NCBI GenBank assembly: GCA_024679065.1
Contig: JAGIQG010000004.1
Span: 31,558,001 to 31,622,000, forward strand
Length of the DNA: 64,000 nucleotides
Direction of reading: 5' to 3'
Source: Sphyrna mokarran
Taxonomy: Eukaryota
The notes under the pieces: generated by a model
What the model was told of the DNA's origin: nothing
Databases searched by the model: none
What the model saw: the letters and a program-made list of their open reading frames with translations, nothing else
Shown here: piece after piece, positions 1 to 13,431 of the stretch
Layout: every line of letters starts with the position of its first letter
Numbering within the stretch: position 1 is the first letter of the stretch
Translations under genes and position numbers: made by a program

Positions 1-560
1 TTCTTACCAAATGGCAATAAAGAGTCACCGTGATGGGAAATTTTCAAAATGGAAATCAGTTTTAAGCAGTGTGCCCAGGTGCTCACACACTTGTTTCTTT
101 TCTTTATAAATGACATCCATGATGGAGTATCAAGCCAGATCCAATTCTTTGCGGATGACTGTCAAGTCTGCAGAATCATGACGTGAACAGTAGATGAGAT
201 TTGCCTTCAGGAAGATCTAAGTAATCCTTCCAATTAGGCCAATTTATGGGGAATTAAATTCAACATAGAGAAATGCATAGAGAAATCATGTGGCTCAGCA
301 AAACACAATTCCATCAATACCCAACGACATAAAGGATAATTTCCTCCTTGAAGTTAATAAAGAATGCCATTGCCTAAGACTCCACATCCAAAATAATTTA
401 CAATGGAATGTACAAAGTCAACAAACAACTTTTAAGACCTTCAAGCTGATTTCATCTCTTCCAATTTCAGTGGAGAAAATGTTGTATCAAATACAAGTCA
501 GACCACACTTAGAACAGATTGTGTCTGCTTAGGACCCATATAGGGTTAAAAGCATTATCC
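1..560 (+). mobile_element. Decayed non-LTR retrotransposon RT fragment (CR1/L2 group)
   Basis: Broken reading gives FINDIHDGVSSQIQFFADDC...LQEDL...WGIKFNIEKC...LHIQNNLQWN...LYQIQVRPHLE, i.e. the RT FADD motif (148-159) and downstream motifs, with stops and frameshifts. Confidence 0.75.
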
Positions 561-601
561 TCCTTGAGATACATTGGTATCTTGTGAGTAATTGGAGCAA
601 T

Positions 602-721
602 GGGAGGATTTTACGGCCTTGCTTTTCCCTTAAAACCCAGCCTGAGGTCAATGGACCTTCCCATTGTCTTCCTCTCACCTGCTCTCTTGCCCATGGTGGG
701 CGGGATGGTAAAATTCCAGCC
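602..721. mobile_element. ~120-bp MITE, PIF/Harbinger-type
   Basis: Imperfect TIRs GGGAGGATTTTAC / GTAAAATTCCAGCC flanked by 3-bp AAT/AAT; the same family recurs at 26910-27104 and 27642-27898. Confidence 0.7.
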
Positions 722-929
722 AATGTCTCCCAGTTGGTCACATTGTTCAGGTAGCTCACTTTTCAGAACTAAAGAAAGGTCACAGGTTGACATCTGTAAA
801 ATTCTGAATGAACAATTAAGTATTTCTAAGGTCAAAAGTGACCAATCCAAAAATGTTTCACAACCAACCACACCAACTGTACACATTCCAATGTGCTTCT
901 TTTGCTGGCACTTCTTTCCCCAAGAACAA

Positions 930-1315
930 TTTTTTTTATTCCTTCATGGGATGTGGGCAGTACTGGGGAGGCTAGCATTTGTTGCCCATCCCTAATTGTC
1001 CTTCAAATAAGTGGTTAGCTAGGCTATTTCAGCAGGCAGTTAAGAATCTCCTACATTGCCCAAGGTCTGGTGTAACATATGGGCCAAACTAGGGAAGACT
1101 GCAGATTTCCTTCCCTAAAGGACATTAGTGAACCAGATGGATTTTTATGACAATTGACAGTGGTTTCATGATCATCATTAGACTTTTAATTTCAGATTTT
1201 ATTGAATTCAAATTTCACCGTCTGCTATCATGGGATTCAAAACTGGGTTCCTAGATCATTTCCTTGGATCTATGGATTGGTAGTCCAATGACAATATCAC
1301 TGTGCCACCGCTTCC
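930..1315 (-). mobile_element. tRNA-derived SINE with Meta-domain-like core
   Basis: The minus strand has a tRNA-like head, the core CCATCTGGTTCACTAATGTCCTTTAGGGAAGGAAATCTGC and an A-rich tail; other copies at 8325-8480 and 31741-32065. Confidence 0.7.
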
Positions 1316-1349
1316 ACTATGGAGGACTGGAATAACCTTACGCAAATAT

Positions 1350-1680
1350 GAGTGGCATGATGGCACAGCAGTTAGCACTGCTGCCTTACAGCTCCAGAGA
1401 GCTGGGTTTGATTCCTGGCTTGGGTCACTGTCAATGTGGAGTTTGCACATTCTCCTATGTCTGCATGGGTTTCCTCTAGGTGTTTTGGTTTCCTTCCACA
1501 GTCCAAACATGTGTGGGTTAGATGCATTGGCCATGCTAAGTTGCCCTTTAGTGTACTGGGATGCGTAGGTTAGAGAGATTTGCGGTATAAATATGGGCTT
1601 ATGGGAATAGCACCTAGGTAGGATTATTGACAAGGCAGACTTGATGAGCTGTTTCTGCACTGTAGCGTTTCTACAGTTCC
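1350..1680 (+). mobile_element. HE1-like V-SINE, CR1-type tail (type A)
   Basis: Head TGGCACAG..GTTAGCACTG and B-box-like GGTTTGATTCC, V-domain TGGAGTTTGCACATTCTCC..GGGTTTCCTC, CR1-like tail. Confidence 0.85.
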
Positions 1681-1825
1681 CAAAGCTTGATGTCCCTGTC
1701 CTTATAGAACTCATTCAGGAATATCTGTTGACTTTTTAAAATTAATGCAAAAATCAACTGCACTCATTGTGCACCTTTTGTGAAAATTCCCTGGTGGAAG
1801 GAAATCTTACCATGTGCCAAATGAC

Positions 1826-2025
1826 TCGCTGAATGTATTCAATATTGAGATAGAGAGATTTTTGAACTACAGGGGGAGTTCAACTACAGGGTTGTAGAAA
1901 ACAAATAGGAAAATGAAATAGAAGCTAAGATCAGATCAGCTATGACATTAATGGCTGGCAGAATAGGTTCAAAAGGCCATATGTCCCACACTTGCTCCTA
2001 TTTCTTATGTTCTTATATTTCTTAT
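1826..2025 (+). mobile_element. CR1 LINE 3' end fragment
   Basis: AGATCAGCTATGA...CTTGCTCCTATTTCTTATGTTCTTA terminal pattern. Confidence 0.6.
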
Positions 2026-2033
2026 CTTTTAAT

Positions 2034-2320
2034 GTGGCACAGTGGCAGAGTGGTTAGCACTGCTGCCTCACAGCGCCAGGGACTTGGGTTCAATTCCCGA
2101 CTTGGGTAGTTGACTGTACGGAGTTTGCATGGTTGCCCAGCGCCTGCATGGGTTTCCTCTGGGTGTTCTGGTTTACTGCAAAAGACATGTGATTAAGTGC
2201 ATTGACCATGCTAAATTTTCCCTCAGTGTGCTGGAACAGGTGCCAGAGAGTGGCGACTGAGGGATTTTCACAGTAGCTTCATTAACGCAAGCCTATTTGT
2301 GAGACAAATAGTAAACTATT
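2034..2320 (+). mobile_element. V-SINE with alternative (Rex1-like) tail (type B)
   Basis: Same head and V-domain as type A, but the tail is GGATTTTCACAGTA...GCCTATTTGTGA..AAATAGTAAAC. Confidence 0.8.
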
Positions 2321-2765
2321 AATTATTTTGTTCTGTCTCCAAGTTGGATTTGCAATATTTGCTTTGGAAGCAAACATTGACATGTCTTTATTTTTTTACC
2401 TAGTTCTCTAAATTGTGCATCTTCTCAGTTATTTACATGATTAATAAGAAAGATCTTGCTCCTTCATTCCCAGGGTAGATTTATAATTCCTGCTACATCC
2501 AAACTGTAGTTTGCTTAGCATTGCCAAGGGATATTTCCTGCACTATTGAGACTTCAATAACCAGTATCTGATTGAATGATTATTTCTTATGGTCCAGGAC
2601 TGCCTAGTTGCCTGGCTCTAACCGTAATATCTGAAGTTAGCATCAAAGAGTTGCATTAACATTCTCACCTGACCCTGAAGGAAACATCAGTTCATCTCAG
2701 TGACACAAACAAACAGTAGATCAAACATAGGACATAACGTCCTCTCCAAAAAATGAATTGTCATA

Positions 2766-4955
2766 GAGAGTGATTCTCAGTGCACGCTCGCTCCAATCAC
2801 AAGTCACGATGGCCTGGAGAATCGGGCGTTGGTGCACAAGTGCGGTTTTGCGTTGGGTGCCAAACCAGCTGTGACCCTCCAGGCCCTGATTGGGTTTCTG
2901 CCCATAGTGGGCAGGAGCCAAATTCATGTCAAATAAACAACGTTAAATATAATTAGCAGGCTTGACGCCTGATTCAAACACCTCTCGCTATTCACTCCTC
3001 TCTGAGCAGGATCTGCACTGGGTGGAATTTTGTACAGGTCCTCACAAGCGAGGGCCTGATGTGTTGAAGAAGCCACTATCAAGACCTCAGCAATGAGAGG
3101 CATCATCCCCTCACCTCCCCGCCGCAACATACAAGCATGAGATTTATCCAATGTGCACCCCCCTTCATTCAGGCCCCCTCCCTCTCAAATACCCCACACA
3201 AACCACTTCCCCCTCAGGCATCCCCTCCGCTTCCCTTCAGGACACACACCTTGGCCTGTGCCAATCATGCACTGCCTTTTGGCAACAAGGCACAAGTGCC
3301 AATTGTGCACAACCTCCTGGCAACAAGGCACAAGTGCCAATTGTGCACTGCCTCCACTGACTCCTTTGCCGGATGCCTTGGACCCTTGGTAGTGGTGTAG
3401 GTGAGCAGGAAGTGAGGAGGGGAGTCTCAAGGTTGGTCCAATGGCCGTTTGTCCCTCTACTGCTGCTATGTTGCAAAGGACAAGTTGCTCAAGAGTCCTG
3501 GAGATGGGCAGGTTCAGGTTGACCTCACCATTCTCTGCCAGGATGGCAGTTTTGTAACTGGATTTTCCCTTATAAACCCGGCAGATCAGAAGATCTGCCT
3601 GGCATGGTGATTTCAGACACTGTAGTGGTCAATACCTACACTCCTGCTCTTCAGCTGTGCACATTCTGAAGTGGCCATGCCCCCCATCACGTGGCAGAAT
3701 TTTAAATCACTGCAGCTGTCCAATCTGCAGCACAGGTTTTTTTTTCTCTTAGAAACTGCAGGTGAGAGCAGACCCCTTTGAAGTCCTCCACCAGAGAGGA
3801 GATGTCAATGTCACTTGGTGAGATGTGCACTGAGTCTCCATGCATGTACACAGCTTTGATTTGAGGATGCTGAGGCTTCCCAGTAAGTTGAAGCTCTCTC
3901 CATTGCACTTGAAGCATTTGATCTGTAACAAATTCAACATGCAGCTCTTCATAAAAGATTCAGCTGTCAGATCAAAGGATTTGTATCATCCTCCAGCCAC
4001 CTGCATTTATTTTTATATCCCCTCATGGTTGAATATACCTTAAGTCTAATCCTGATTGATGGAAAGTCTGTGTTTTCACTTCTTCCTTTGCACGCTGGTA
4101 CTGCAGGGTCACCCTCCATTGCCACTGTGCTAAACATGCCGGTGAGCCCAGCTGCAGGGCATTTGGGCACTATTTCACAAGGTTGTCCTGTTTTCACAGT
4201 GTTCTGGGGGAGCCCTCCTTCTCCCACCGACATTGGGAGACCCCCTCTTTGTGACATGTTCCTCCACCTCCTCCCTGACATGGGTCACCAGCATTAGGGC
4301 ATTGGTGCCCCCCACCCGATACATCTCCCTGACATGCACCCATCACGAATCTTGACATTTGCCCATCATGACTCCTTTCACACTCCAGCCCTGCTTAATT
4401 TCTCACCCACCCCCAACATAGCACTCAATCATAGTCTCCCTTGCATAGCCCCTCATTAATGGCTGCCCTTCTTAGCCCCCGGATCATACTCCCACTTAGC
4501 CCCATCCCACTGATACTGTTCCTTTCGCACTGCCAGGGTGTCCAGTGAGTACTGCAGGTTGCCTAGTGGATACTGCTCAGCCAAGCTCCCTGACCACTCT
4601 GGGTTTTAATGGCCTCTGAGCCCCCTGGTGTGGCCATTGTGCCTGATCTCTGCTAGGGGAACCCAGTACTGATTTGTGCCCATGTGACATCCTGCTGGGA
4701 ACATGGGAACATTCTGGTGCAGGGAAGGGAACAAATGCATGCCAAACTCTCTACTGAGATTGAAATCAGGTGAATCTCATGCTAGTCTGCCTCGTGTCCT
4801 TTCAGGGTGGGATCCGGATTATACCAGTAGTAAGAGACCCAGGCAATTGCAAACTGCTTGGCGCCAGGCACAGAACTGATTTTTAGGCCTGTATCCTATT
4901 TTCCTCTATTGGCAAGATCTGAGCTAGTCACTGTGAGGACAGAAATTTCACCCCC
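2766..4955. mobile_element. Non-autonomous PIF/Harbinger-type element (~2.2 kb)
   Basis: GC-rich block with decayed termini GAGAGTGATTCTC / GAAATTTCACCCCC, ATA on both flanks, and inverted subterminal similarity (GGTGCCAAACCAG vs CTGCTTGGCGCC). Confidence 0.5.
3280..3348. repeat. Direct repeat, 31 bp identical, period 38
   Basis: TGGCAACAAGGCACAAGTGCCAATTGTGCAC at 3280-3310 and 3318-3348. Confidence 0.9.
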
Positions 4956-5744
4956 ATAGTTTTTATCAGTTCTATTTTCACTCTCCTCTCATTTTAATGC
5001 TGTTATTATAGACATTTCATTGGACAATTGGTAAATCTCAATGTGGTTCCTGCCAATGTTCTGCCTCAATTAGAATGGCTGATTGGGAGGACTCTGGGAG
5101 ACATTTGCAGCATTAAGCTTGAGAGGTAATTTCTTTCTTTAAAGAATGATGGATGGAAATTGCAAAACTTTCATATTCTCAGAATCGATGGCTTGCGAAT
5201 GGATGATATAGTCAAACATCAGAATGTTAATGGATGTAGTCTAAATAAATGTTAGAGAGAATGATTATATCCAAAATGAAGTGCCTCTAATTACAAAAAA
5301 TTCTTTTTCCCTCGATAATACATCCCAAGGCCTTGACATTTATCTACAAAATTACAATACCAACAGTTTATCACTCCTTCAAAATTAATATTCTTCTTTT
5401 TATCTATATGATTGCCTTTTAAGTGTATTTTATACCTGAGAGGTAAATGACACGTCAAAAGTAATTGGCAATCTTAACATCGTTAACTGCGGGATGAGAA
5501 ATTATTTCTGTTGACTGCCTTTTACAGTAATTGTGATCAAATTTACATAACAATACCAATTAATGGAAGATATTTGTTCATAGTCTGCTCATTCCTGAAC
5601 ATCTGTATTAGCAACTAAAGATGTAGAATAAACAGAGTAAAATTATATATATTCCCTTCATATCATAAATTTATGCATAATATCAGGAAGCAATAAAGTG
5701 ATAGTAGACACTTTGTTATTTAAGTTTGCTGAAGTTATAAGATT

Positions 5745-6012
5745 AAGTTTATTTGTTAGTGCCACAAATAGGCTTACGTTCACACTGTAATAACATTACT
5801 GTAAAAATCCCCTAGTCACTATATTCCAGCGCCTGTTCGGGTACACTGAGGGAAAATTTAGCATGGCGAATGTACCTAACCTGCAGGTCTTTTGGACTGT
5901 TGGAGGGAACCGGAGCCCATGCAGATACAGGGAGAATGTGCAGACTCTGACAGTCAGTGACCCAAGCTGGGAATTGAACTAGGTCCGCTGTGAGACATCA
6001 GTGCTAACCATT
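5745..6012 (-). mobile_element. V-SINE type B
   Basis: Reverse complement of the head, V-domain and type B tail. Confidence 0.8.
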
Positions 6013-6157
6013 TGTAAGTGATTTCATTGTCTTCTGGATATCCTCTCTTGATTGAAGAGACTGATATGAGATTGACACTGATGTCCAGAGCACCAAGTTT
6101 CACCACTGCAGGAATTTCTGCAGCTGTACCAACTCTGGCCTTTCTCTGAGCAAACAC

Positions 6158-6260
6158 GTAAGAAGTCTAACAGCACCAGGTTAAAGTCCAACAGGTTTAT
6201 TTGATAGTAAACTCCACATGCTTTCGGAATACGCTGTTCCTTTGTCAGGTGAGTGGAGTC
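6158..6260 (-). mobile_element. Penelope-like element terminus with degenerate minimal hammerhead motif
   Basis: Minus strand CTCACCTGACAAAGGAACAGCGTATTCCGAAAGC...AATAAACCTGTTGGACTTTAACCTGGTG; partial copy at 9180-9233 (+). Confidence 0.6.
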
Positions 6261-6470
6261 CACACGATGACTTCCTTTGAACAAGACAGAGGTCACGAGT
6301 GTATTTTAGATGTTTTTTGAAACATGCTGAATGATTTTGAGTGCTTGCCTTGAAGTGGGCTGGTTGGCAGCAGTGTTTTTCCAAGAGGGCTAGCAATGCA
6401 AAGGGTTTTAAGGCTGTGCTGATTTTTTGGGTCTCCTAATATTTTTTGTACTCCTTGATGATGTGGGAAG

Positions 6471-6700
6471 TAGAATAGAATAGCATAGAATTCCTACAGT
6501 GCAGAAGAGGGCCATTTCGGCCCATAAAGCTGCACCAAAAGTACATCTTTGCATTGTGGGAGGAAACCGGAGCACCTGGAGAAAACCCACACAGGGAGAA
6601 TGTGCAAACTCCACACTGATAATGATCCGCGGCTGGAATTGAACCTAAGTCCTTGGCGCTGTGAGTTAGAAGTTCTAACCACTGTGCCACCATGTCACCC
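6471..6700 (-). mobile_element. V-SINE type A, internally deleted
   Basis: Head and V-domain joined directly to the CR1-like tail CTCTTCTGCACTGTAGGAATTCTATG. Confidence 0.8.
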
Positions 6701-7171
6701 ACAAAATTGCATTCTTTTAAACTATAACTCTGTTTAAACAGGCTGAAGAGTTTTTTTAAAAAATCTTTATCAATTCTTTTCATTGTTGTGTCTTATATAT
6801 TGGCTCTTGAAATATTTGGATTGAGGTTTAAAGCCTTTTAACTCTCATATTGTGTCTTGGGAAGAATATTCAGAAAATTGTACTATCAACAGTTTTAGAA
6901 AAGCAGTGGTGCAACTGGATTCAGAAGAGAAAATGCAAAAATGTCTAAATAGCTGGAAACAGAAAGAAGGGAGATGAGAGGATGTTTATAAAGTTGTTTT
7001 GCTCTCACAGATTTACTCAATTTGAAAACCACTTTGAAGCAAGCTGCATCTGAAATTTAGAGCAGTGATGAACTTTCTCTTACAGTACTTTTCAATCCAA
7101 CCAAGTCAAGAAGAAAAATAGCTTAGTTGGTGAAAAATAAATTGAAGGATTGCACATAACTCAGATACTAT

Positions 7172-8165
7172 GAGCCCTATTTCACCATTTTGATTCTAAA
7201 TTCTGGGCAGATTTGAATCTGGCAGTGTTTCAGATCCGACTTTTAGATCCATTTTCAGGTGCCCCCATATGCACGCTGTCTGAAGAAATAGCAGCCATTC
7301 TGAATCGTGCTGCAGAAACCTGTGGAAGGGGCTTAACATGCTCGAAATCCTGCAGCTCCAAATGAAGCCTTCAACTGTGCATGTGCAGTAAAAAAAGTAG
7401 GAAAATTGTTCCCCTGCCACATTGCTCCCAGGCCAGTTAATGACTTCCCTCAGACATTGCCTCACTTTCCAACATTACTGACCCCTTAATCCCCCATCCT
7501 CAATGCTACCCAGACTGACCGCAGCCCCTTGCACCCTCCCCCCCACTTTCCCCCCCACCAATCATATGCAGAGTTACAGCAGATCCACCTTCCGCCCCAC
7601 TGATCTCAGGCAAAGTGGCAACAGACCACACCCCCCCCACTTCTCTCCATCAATCACACACCGAGTGGTAGCAGACATATCTTTCCCCCCCCCGCCCTGC
7701 TCCCCTTGCCGCCTGTCCCCCCCACCAGAGAGCCATCTGACCTGTCACCTTCCCCGCTACCAGAGTGTCATCTGAACCATCTCCCTCCCAACTGCAACCC
7801 CCCCACCACCCATCTGAGTCAGGAGCCGCAGAAAGCTCTGAACTTACCTCCTCAGAAGCTGGAATGCCCAAATCAGCCCTTTGCGGACCATGTATGTTTT
7901 GTGCTGAATCTGAACACGGTGGTTAAAGGTGGAAGTGTTGATAAGTTTGGGTGTACAGCCCGTTAAGTCAATTTAAATGCATGCAGATATATTTAAATTG
8001 ACGTTGTGCCCTTTTTGGGCATGGTGCCGATGGTGGCCATTTACAGCCCTTGGTAAAGGGGGAATGGGCGCAGAGGTGGGGGCGGATTGTGCTACTTACC
8101 TCACGCCCAACTTTACCAAGTTTCACACCCAAAAATAAGCACAAATTGATGGTAAAATCAGACCC
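7172..8165. mobile_element. Non-autonomous PIF/Harbinger-type element (~1 kb)
   Basis: TIRs GAGCCCTATTTCACCAT / ATGGTAAAATCAGACCC with 3-bp TAT/TAT flanks; C-rich repetitive interior. Confidence 0.7.
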
Positions 8166-8324
8166 TATGAAGAGAGAATCCACAGTTTTTCTTATTTGAC
8201 TATATCATCAACTTGTTCAGCAGTTAACAACATCAAGTTGTAAATAACCATTGGGTACTGATCAATATAGTCACTGAATTTTGTGAATATCTATTTAGTC
8301 ATTTTAGAAGCCATGCATTTGGAG

Positions 8325-8480
8325 ACATATGTAAGTCATCCATCCTTACTTGTTCTGGCCTACATATAACTCCTAATGGGTGGCCTCTAAAATGACTCAC
8401 AGTTGAAGGGCAATTAGAGATGGATAATATGTGCTGAGCCAGCCAGAGCTGCCCACGTGCTGTGAACGAATTTAAAAAAA
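8325..8480 (+). mobile_element. Meta-domain-like SINE 3' half
   Basis: TCCTTACTTGTTCTGGCCTACAT...GGGCAATTAGAGATGG...A tail; similar to 930-1315. Confidence 0.6.
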
Positions 8481-8484
8481 TTAT

Positions 8485-8790
8485 GGTGACACAGTGGCAC
8501 ACTGGTTAGCACAGCTGCTTCATAGCACCAAAAACCCAAGTTCAATTCTGGCCGTGGGTCAGTGTCTATGTGGAGTTTGTACATTCTATCTGTATCTGTG
8601 TAGGTTTCCTCCGGACACTCTGAATTTCTTCCACAGTTCAAAGGTTTGCAGGATTAGCCATGCTAAAAATTACCTTGATGACTGGAGGATTACTGGGGAA
8701 AATATTCCCGGTTAAGGATGGCTTGGGATTGTTGTTGGTATAGGCTCAATGAGCTGAATAGCTTCCTTCTGGACCGTGGGGATTCTAAGA
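8485..8790 (+). mobile_element. V-SINE type A
   Basis: Head, V-domain and CR1-like tail. Confidence 0.8.
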
Positions 8791-10304
8791 TACTGATTAT
8801 TATATTCACTGAATTAAGAATTTTAAGGCTGAGCAGATTATTGCATCATTGTAGACATAGCCATATGAGCTAGACTTGTATTTTTGTGTGGTTGTGGTTA
8901 TCATTATGGTGGAATTGTTGGAGATGTTGTCCAGGACGCAACGACTGGCATCGAATCTCTGCACTTGTAAAAGGGAAGCTGGAAAAATGGGAGTGAGTTT
9001 TCACTTGTTAGAAACATCATAACATCTCCTGTGATCCTTGCAAGGAACTGTTTCCTCCTACATTATAGAAACTCAACTGATAAGGCCCTTACCCGAATCC
9101 AGCAGGTAGCTTTGGCGACTAAATTGGCATGACATAGAGATACCAGGGTTGGACTGGTTGGACAGTGAGATTTTACAAGCCCACTATCAAACAAACTGGT
9201 TGGACTTAAACCTGGTGTGGTGAGACTTCTTACTAAATTGGCAGTCAATGTGAAAACAGCAAGATACAAGTGATAAATGCTGTGTAGGGATTTTAACCAT
9301 TTGCATGCCCCTTTCCTGCTTGATATCAAATCACTCTTCCAATTCTGGAGGCCCAGCTGTGGGGATTACAACAAAGAATGCCTCTAACTGGACCAGTGCA
9401 ATGGGAAGCAACTCAACATGATTTACCAAATTTAGTACACATCAAAGCAAATTCAGAATACATTTTTCAGGTGTCTGTAGAAGTATCAAACTAAACATTT
9501 CTTTCTTTGTATGCATGCTATCACTTTTGTCTTGGGACATATTCTTCCATCCCTTTGCAGATACAGGATGCAGTTTATACCTATTCCTTTCACAGTATGC
9601 AATGCAAGGCATAAGTTATAGTACATGGACAGAAAGGCAGATCATTGTTATTTTTTCAAGGTTAATTAGCAATGGGTGAGAATTTCATGGCTCTGCCAGT
9701 GACAGTCACATCCCACACAACAATTAAAAATATACATCAGGATATCCTAACACATTTATCTTGAAATGTCTGCTCCAACTCAGTACTGAAGCACCAGGCT
9801 TTCCCATTTGTATAACAAGGAATGGAATGCGTTCCTTTACTATTCCTCACTATGTTCAGCCTTCAGGCAAATGCTGCTTGTGCCAACTGAAAAGATCATG
9901 ACAAGCAGAACTCTGATAATTACCAAGGTCTTTCCATAAGGTGTTCAGACATAATACTGTTAAGTCTGTAACTACTGGGGAAGTAGCTTCAAAGCAGTCA
10001 CACCAAAGGCAAGCCACAGGAATAGTAGGCTTATTTGAAGTCCTGTGCAACTTGTACTCCAGCCCTTGAGTGGCTGTTGGGTTTTCCTGGGGAGGTTACG
10101 TAACCCTCCAGGTTACCTGACCTGTCCTCTTAAAGAAGCTACGCCCTGCATACATCACAAAATTCAACAACCACACTATTAAGCAACATCATGTAATCTA
10201 CCTTCACCCGCATTAATAGCTTCACAGGATAGGTCATTTTTGAATTTGAAGAGACATTTGGTAAAACAATATTCAAAACTGATGAAAACTATATGGAGAA
10301 GGCA

Positions 10305-10975
10305 GGAGATGATCAACAGTGCAGTACACAGGTCACTGAAAGTGGCAACACAGGTGGAAAAGATAGTTAAGAAGGCATATGGCATGCTTGCCTTTATCAG
10401 TCAGGGCATTGAGTTTAAAAATTATCTAGTCATGTTACAGCTTTATAACACCTTGCTTAGGCCGCACTTGGAATATGGCGCTCAATTCTGGTTGCCACAT
10501 TACCAGAAGGATGTGGAAGATTTGGAGAGAGTACAGAAAAAATTCACCAGAACGTTGCCTGATATGCAGGACATTAGCTACAAGGAGAAGTTAGAGAAAC
10601 TTGATTTGTTCTCACTGGAACGACGGAGGTAGGAGGGCAACCTGATAGAAGTCTACAAGATTATGAAGGACATAGGCAGAGTGGATAGTCAGAGGCTTTT
10701 TTCCAAGGCGGAAGAGTCCACTTCTAGGGTTCATAGATTAAAGGTACAAGAGGCAAGGTTTAAAGGGGATGTGTTTGACACAGAGGGTGATGGCTGTCAA
10801 GAACTCGCTACCGGGAGAGATAGTGGAAGCGGGTATGGTATTGACTTTTAAGTGGCATCTTGTCAAATACATGAATAGGATGGAACAGAGAGCTATGGTC
10901 TCTGGAAGGGCAGCGGCTTTTAGTTCATAGTTGAAGGGCCTGTTCCTATGCTGTAATTTTCTTTGTTTTTTGAAG
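10305..10975 (+). mobile_element. CR1 LINE 3' fragment (ORF2 C-terminus, short 3' UTR)
   Basis: ORF 10240-10632 KVATQVEKIVKKAYGMLAFI..RPHLEY..LERVQKKFTR..FSLERRR; tail GAAGGGCCTGTTCCTATGCTGTAATTTTCTTTG. Confidence 0.9.
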
Positions 10976-12779
10976 AAGTTTGTTTGTCCATGATTTGTCT
11001 TCACAGCATGGGTAAAAGATTGGTATGCTACAGAACTTGCTTTGAGTTGTGTATCTTCTTTCAAGAGTAGTCAAAGCAAAAAGAAAAAGAAGTATAAGGA
11101 GCAGCAAATTTGCACAAAAGTCCCCTTGGTGCCACTTTCTGTGACATTTTCTATCAGTTCCCATGCAAATCCTACCTCCTGTTGAATGGACTGTTCAGAC
11201 TGAAATAGCGTGGTCGGAATACTCCTACCTGTTCTTCATGGGATTGTCAGCTCTGGTTCTTTTCCAGCACCATTCTTCAAAATCCCGGAGCAATGCTTGC
11301 TGTCCAATCCCTTCACCAGATCAGAACACCAGTGGAATGGTTAGGCTATGAATCCGCCTCATTGCCAGTTATTATGTATGTCTTTGTGGGCTAAGGGCAT
11401 AAGAATTATGAGGTATGCTTGAATAGTTCAATATTGGGAGCTGTTTATTGAAGATGTATGCTCATTCACAGTCAGGTCTAAGACGGCTCAACACTGGGTG
11501 GAGCTGATGGCCCAGGAGCCACTTGACTTGTACTCTTAAAGGGGTAGTCTGCACTCTAAACCCCAATATGCTATATATATAAAATATATGCATTATGTTA
11601 ACATATTTGAGGTTTTGTTATAGAACAAACCTGTTCCTGCCTTTAGTTCCTGCCGGCACTACTTTAGAAAGATTACTGACTATGTCTAAGAACAATTTTC
11701 TATGACTTTGGCTGCATTAAATTCATCTTGGGTTAATTACTGCTAATTTTTAATACCGGGATGAAAAATTGTCACACTCATTGTTTGTGCAATCACTCTC
11801 ATCAAGGATCCAAGTAAATTTCCACACTAAATGTCTCCTGGAAGTATGCCGATGCCAAATTAAAAACTACTGTAAGTGTGCAGGACATCTGTTAGAAATG
11901 AGACTTGAGGTGCCATACATAAGCAGATCAGAATTCTAATTGTGTTTGTAGGTTCTTGGTCGGGCAGCATGTAAGTGGAGCTTGAGGCTGTTTGCCCTGA
12001 CCAGTCTTTCTGGCCCTGGAGGAACTTAGACAGAGGTCCTTAAATGCATTACAGGCAACCATTGAGTGAACGTAAGAAATTTCTTTTTTGAATGGTTTCA
12101 GTTTTGTGAAATCTGTAGAAGCAGAATTGTTCCTCCAAACTGCACAAAAATTCTGTGGATCATTGCCACTTCAGCCCAAAACCCCTTTCCAGGTGCGTGT
12201 TTGGATCACAAGTTGTTTTGCTTCCCCCGGTACTTTTACCTGAAAATTGTACTTTGTGCTATTTTCTCCCCTCTGTGTGTCTTAATTCACATTTTTTTTT
12301 CAGCCTGTCTTAATGTTTTCCATTTTATTTTAATGCCTAATGGAAAACTGAGATGATCACGGCACCAACGATCATCCAGAAAAACATCTTTTCGCACCAC
12401 ATTGAACCTAATCAAAATCTAGCACTAACAAATAAATGTTAGTTTCATTGGCGACCTACCAAAATAGGATTAGAACTCTGGTGAATCAAATATTACATTT
12501 TTTTAAAAATCTGAAAGCAATATAGCAGTGATACAAGATAGGTATTTAGATGAGATACTGGTAGATTTATCTAAGCTGATGTGATTTTCATTTCATACGT
12601 GATCAAAGAGGGAAAATTTTCAGGTTACATCCCAATTGCAATTGCGATATCCCCTGTCTGGGAAAGGACTAGCGACAGCTCACTTACCGAATCAATGCAT
12701 TTCTAGAAAGTGTCCCTATTATTCTTGAACAAACTGTTAAATATATTCCATTTTATAAAAATTAAATTACTAATAGACA

Positions 12780-12920
12780 AATTGGTGGCTTTATTGTGTA
12801 TGCTGAGAATATTTTACAGCAGTGCTTACAGTTTAAAAATACTTCATAAACTGTAAAGCACTTTGGGATGTCTTGAGGTCATGAAAAGTGTTATACAAAT
12901 GCAAGATATTTCATTTCCTT
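12780..12920 (+). mobile_element. Deu-domain (SacSINE1/AmnSINE1-like) SINE 3' end
   Basis: CTGTAAAGCACTTTGGGATGTCTTGAGGTCATGAAAAGTGTTATACAAATGCAAG, an L2-type tail. Confidence 0.6.
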
Positions 12921-13431
12921 TTCATTTTAAGGATGGTTAAGTGCCTTTGATTGCCTAAGTGGATTTTAGAGAATCCAATTTTTGCCAAAAGTGAACAGGT
13001 GCACCCAAGTATAATACAAGCATTATAATTCACATTTTGAATTTGACATTGCTAGTCTTTTTCACAAAGTAGGACATTTTTCTTCCCCACTGGCATTCAC
13101 AACATATTCATATTGACGTTATTTCCTCGCACAAATCTATTTATAGTACAGTCAAAGAATAGTCTGGTAATGTGCGGGAGAATGCTTGTGGTATAAATTT
13201 ATGGCATTATCTGATTGGAGTGTGCAGAGGGGAATAGGAGAGGAATATCAGTTCTAAGGGTGAGCTGTGAAGCAGAATGATTATTTCATTATTATATGTA
13301 ACTGCACCTTGGAACATTAAGTTAAAAGCCATTTTGACCCAGTCTATTTTGGTGGTTTGTTGACAAAGTTATTTTGAATTAGACAAACTTATTTGATCAT
13401 GTAGCCAAATAGACCATCTAAAATGACATTT

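Noticed and set aside
1350-1430. tRNA genes at the many TGGCACAGTGGTTAGCAC...GGTTCRATTCC sites
   Set aside because: These are SINE heads followed by V-domains; no intact cloverleaf.
3280-3348. CRISPR-like repeat pair
   Set aside because: Only two copies with a 7-bp gap, inside a eukaryotic transposon; a simple tandem duplication.
11163-11351. Possible exon in unique sequence
   Set aside because: There is a donor-like site on the minus strand but no matching acceptor or recognisable peptide.
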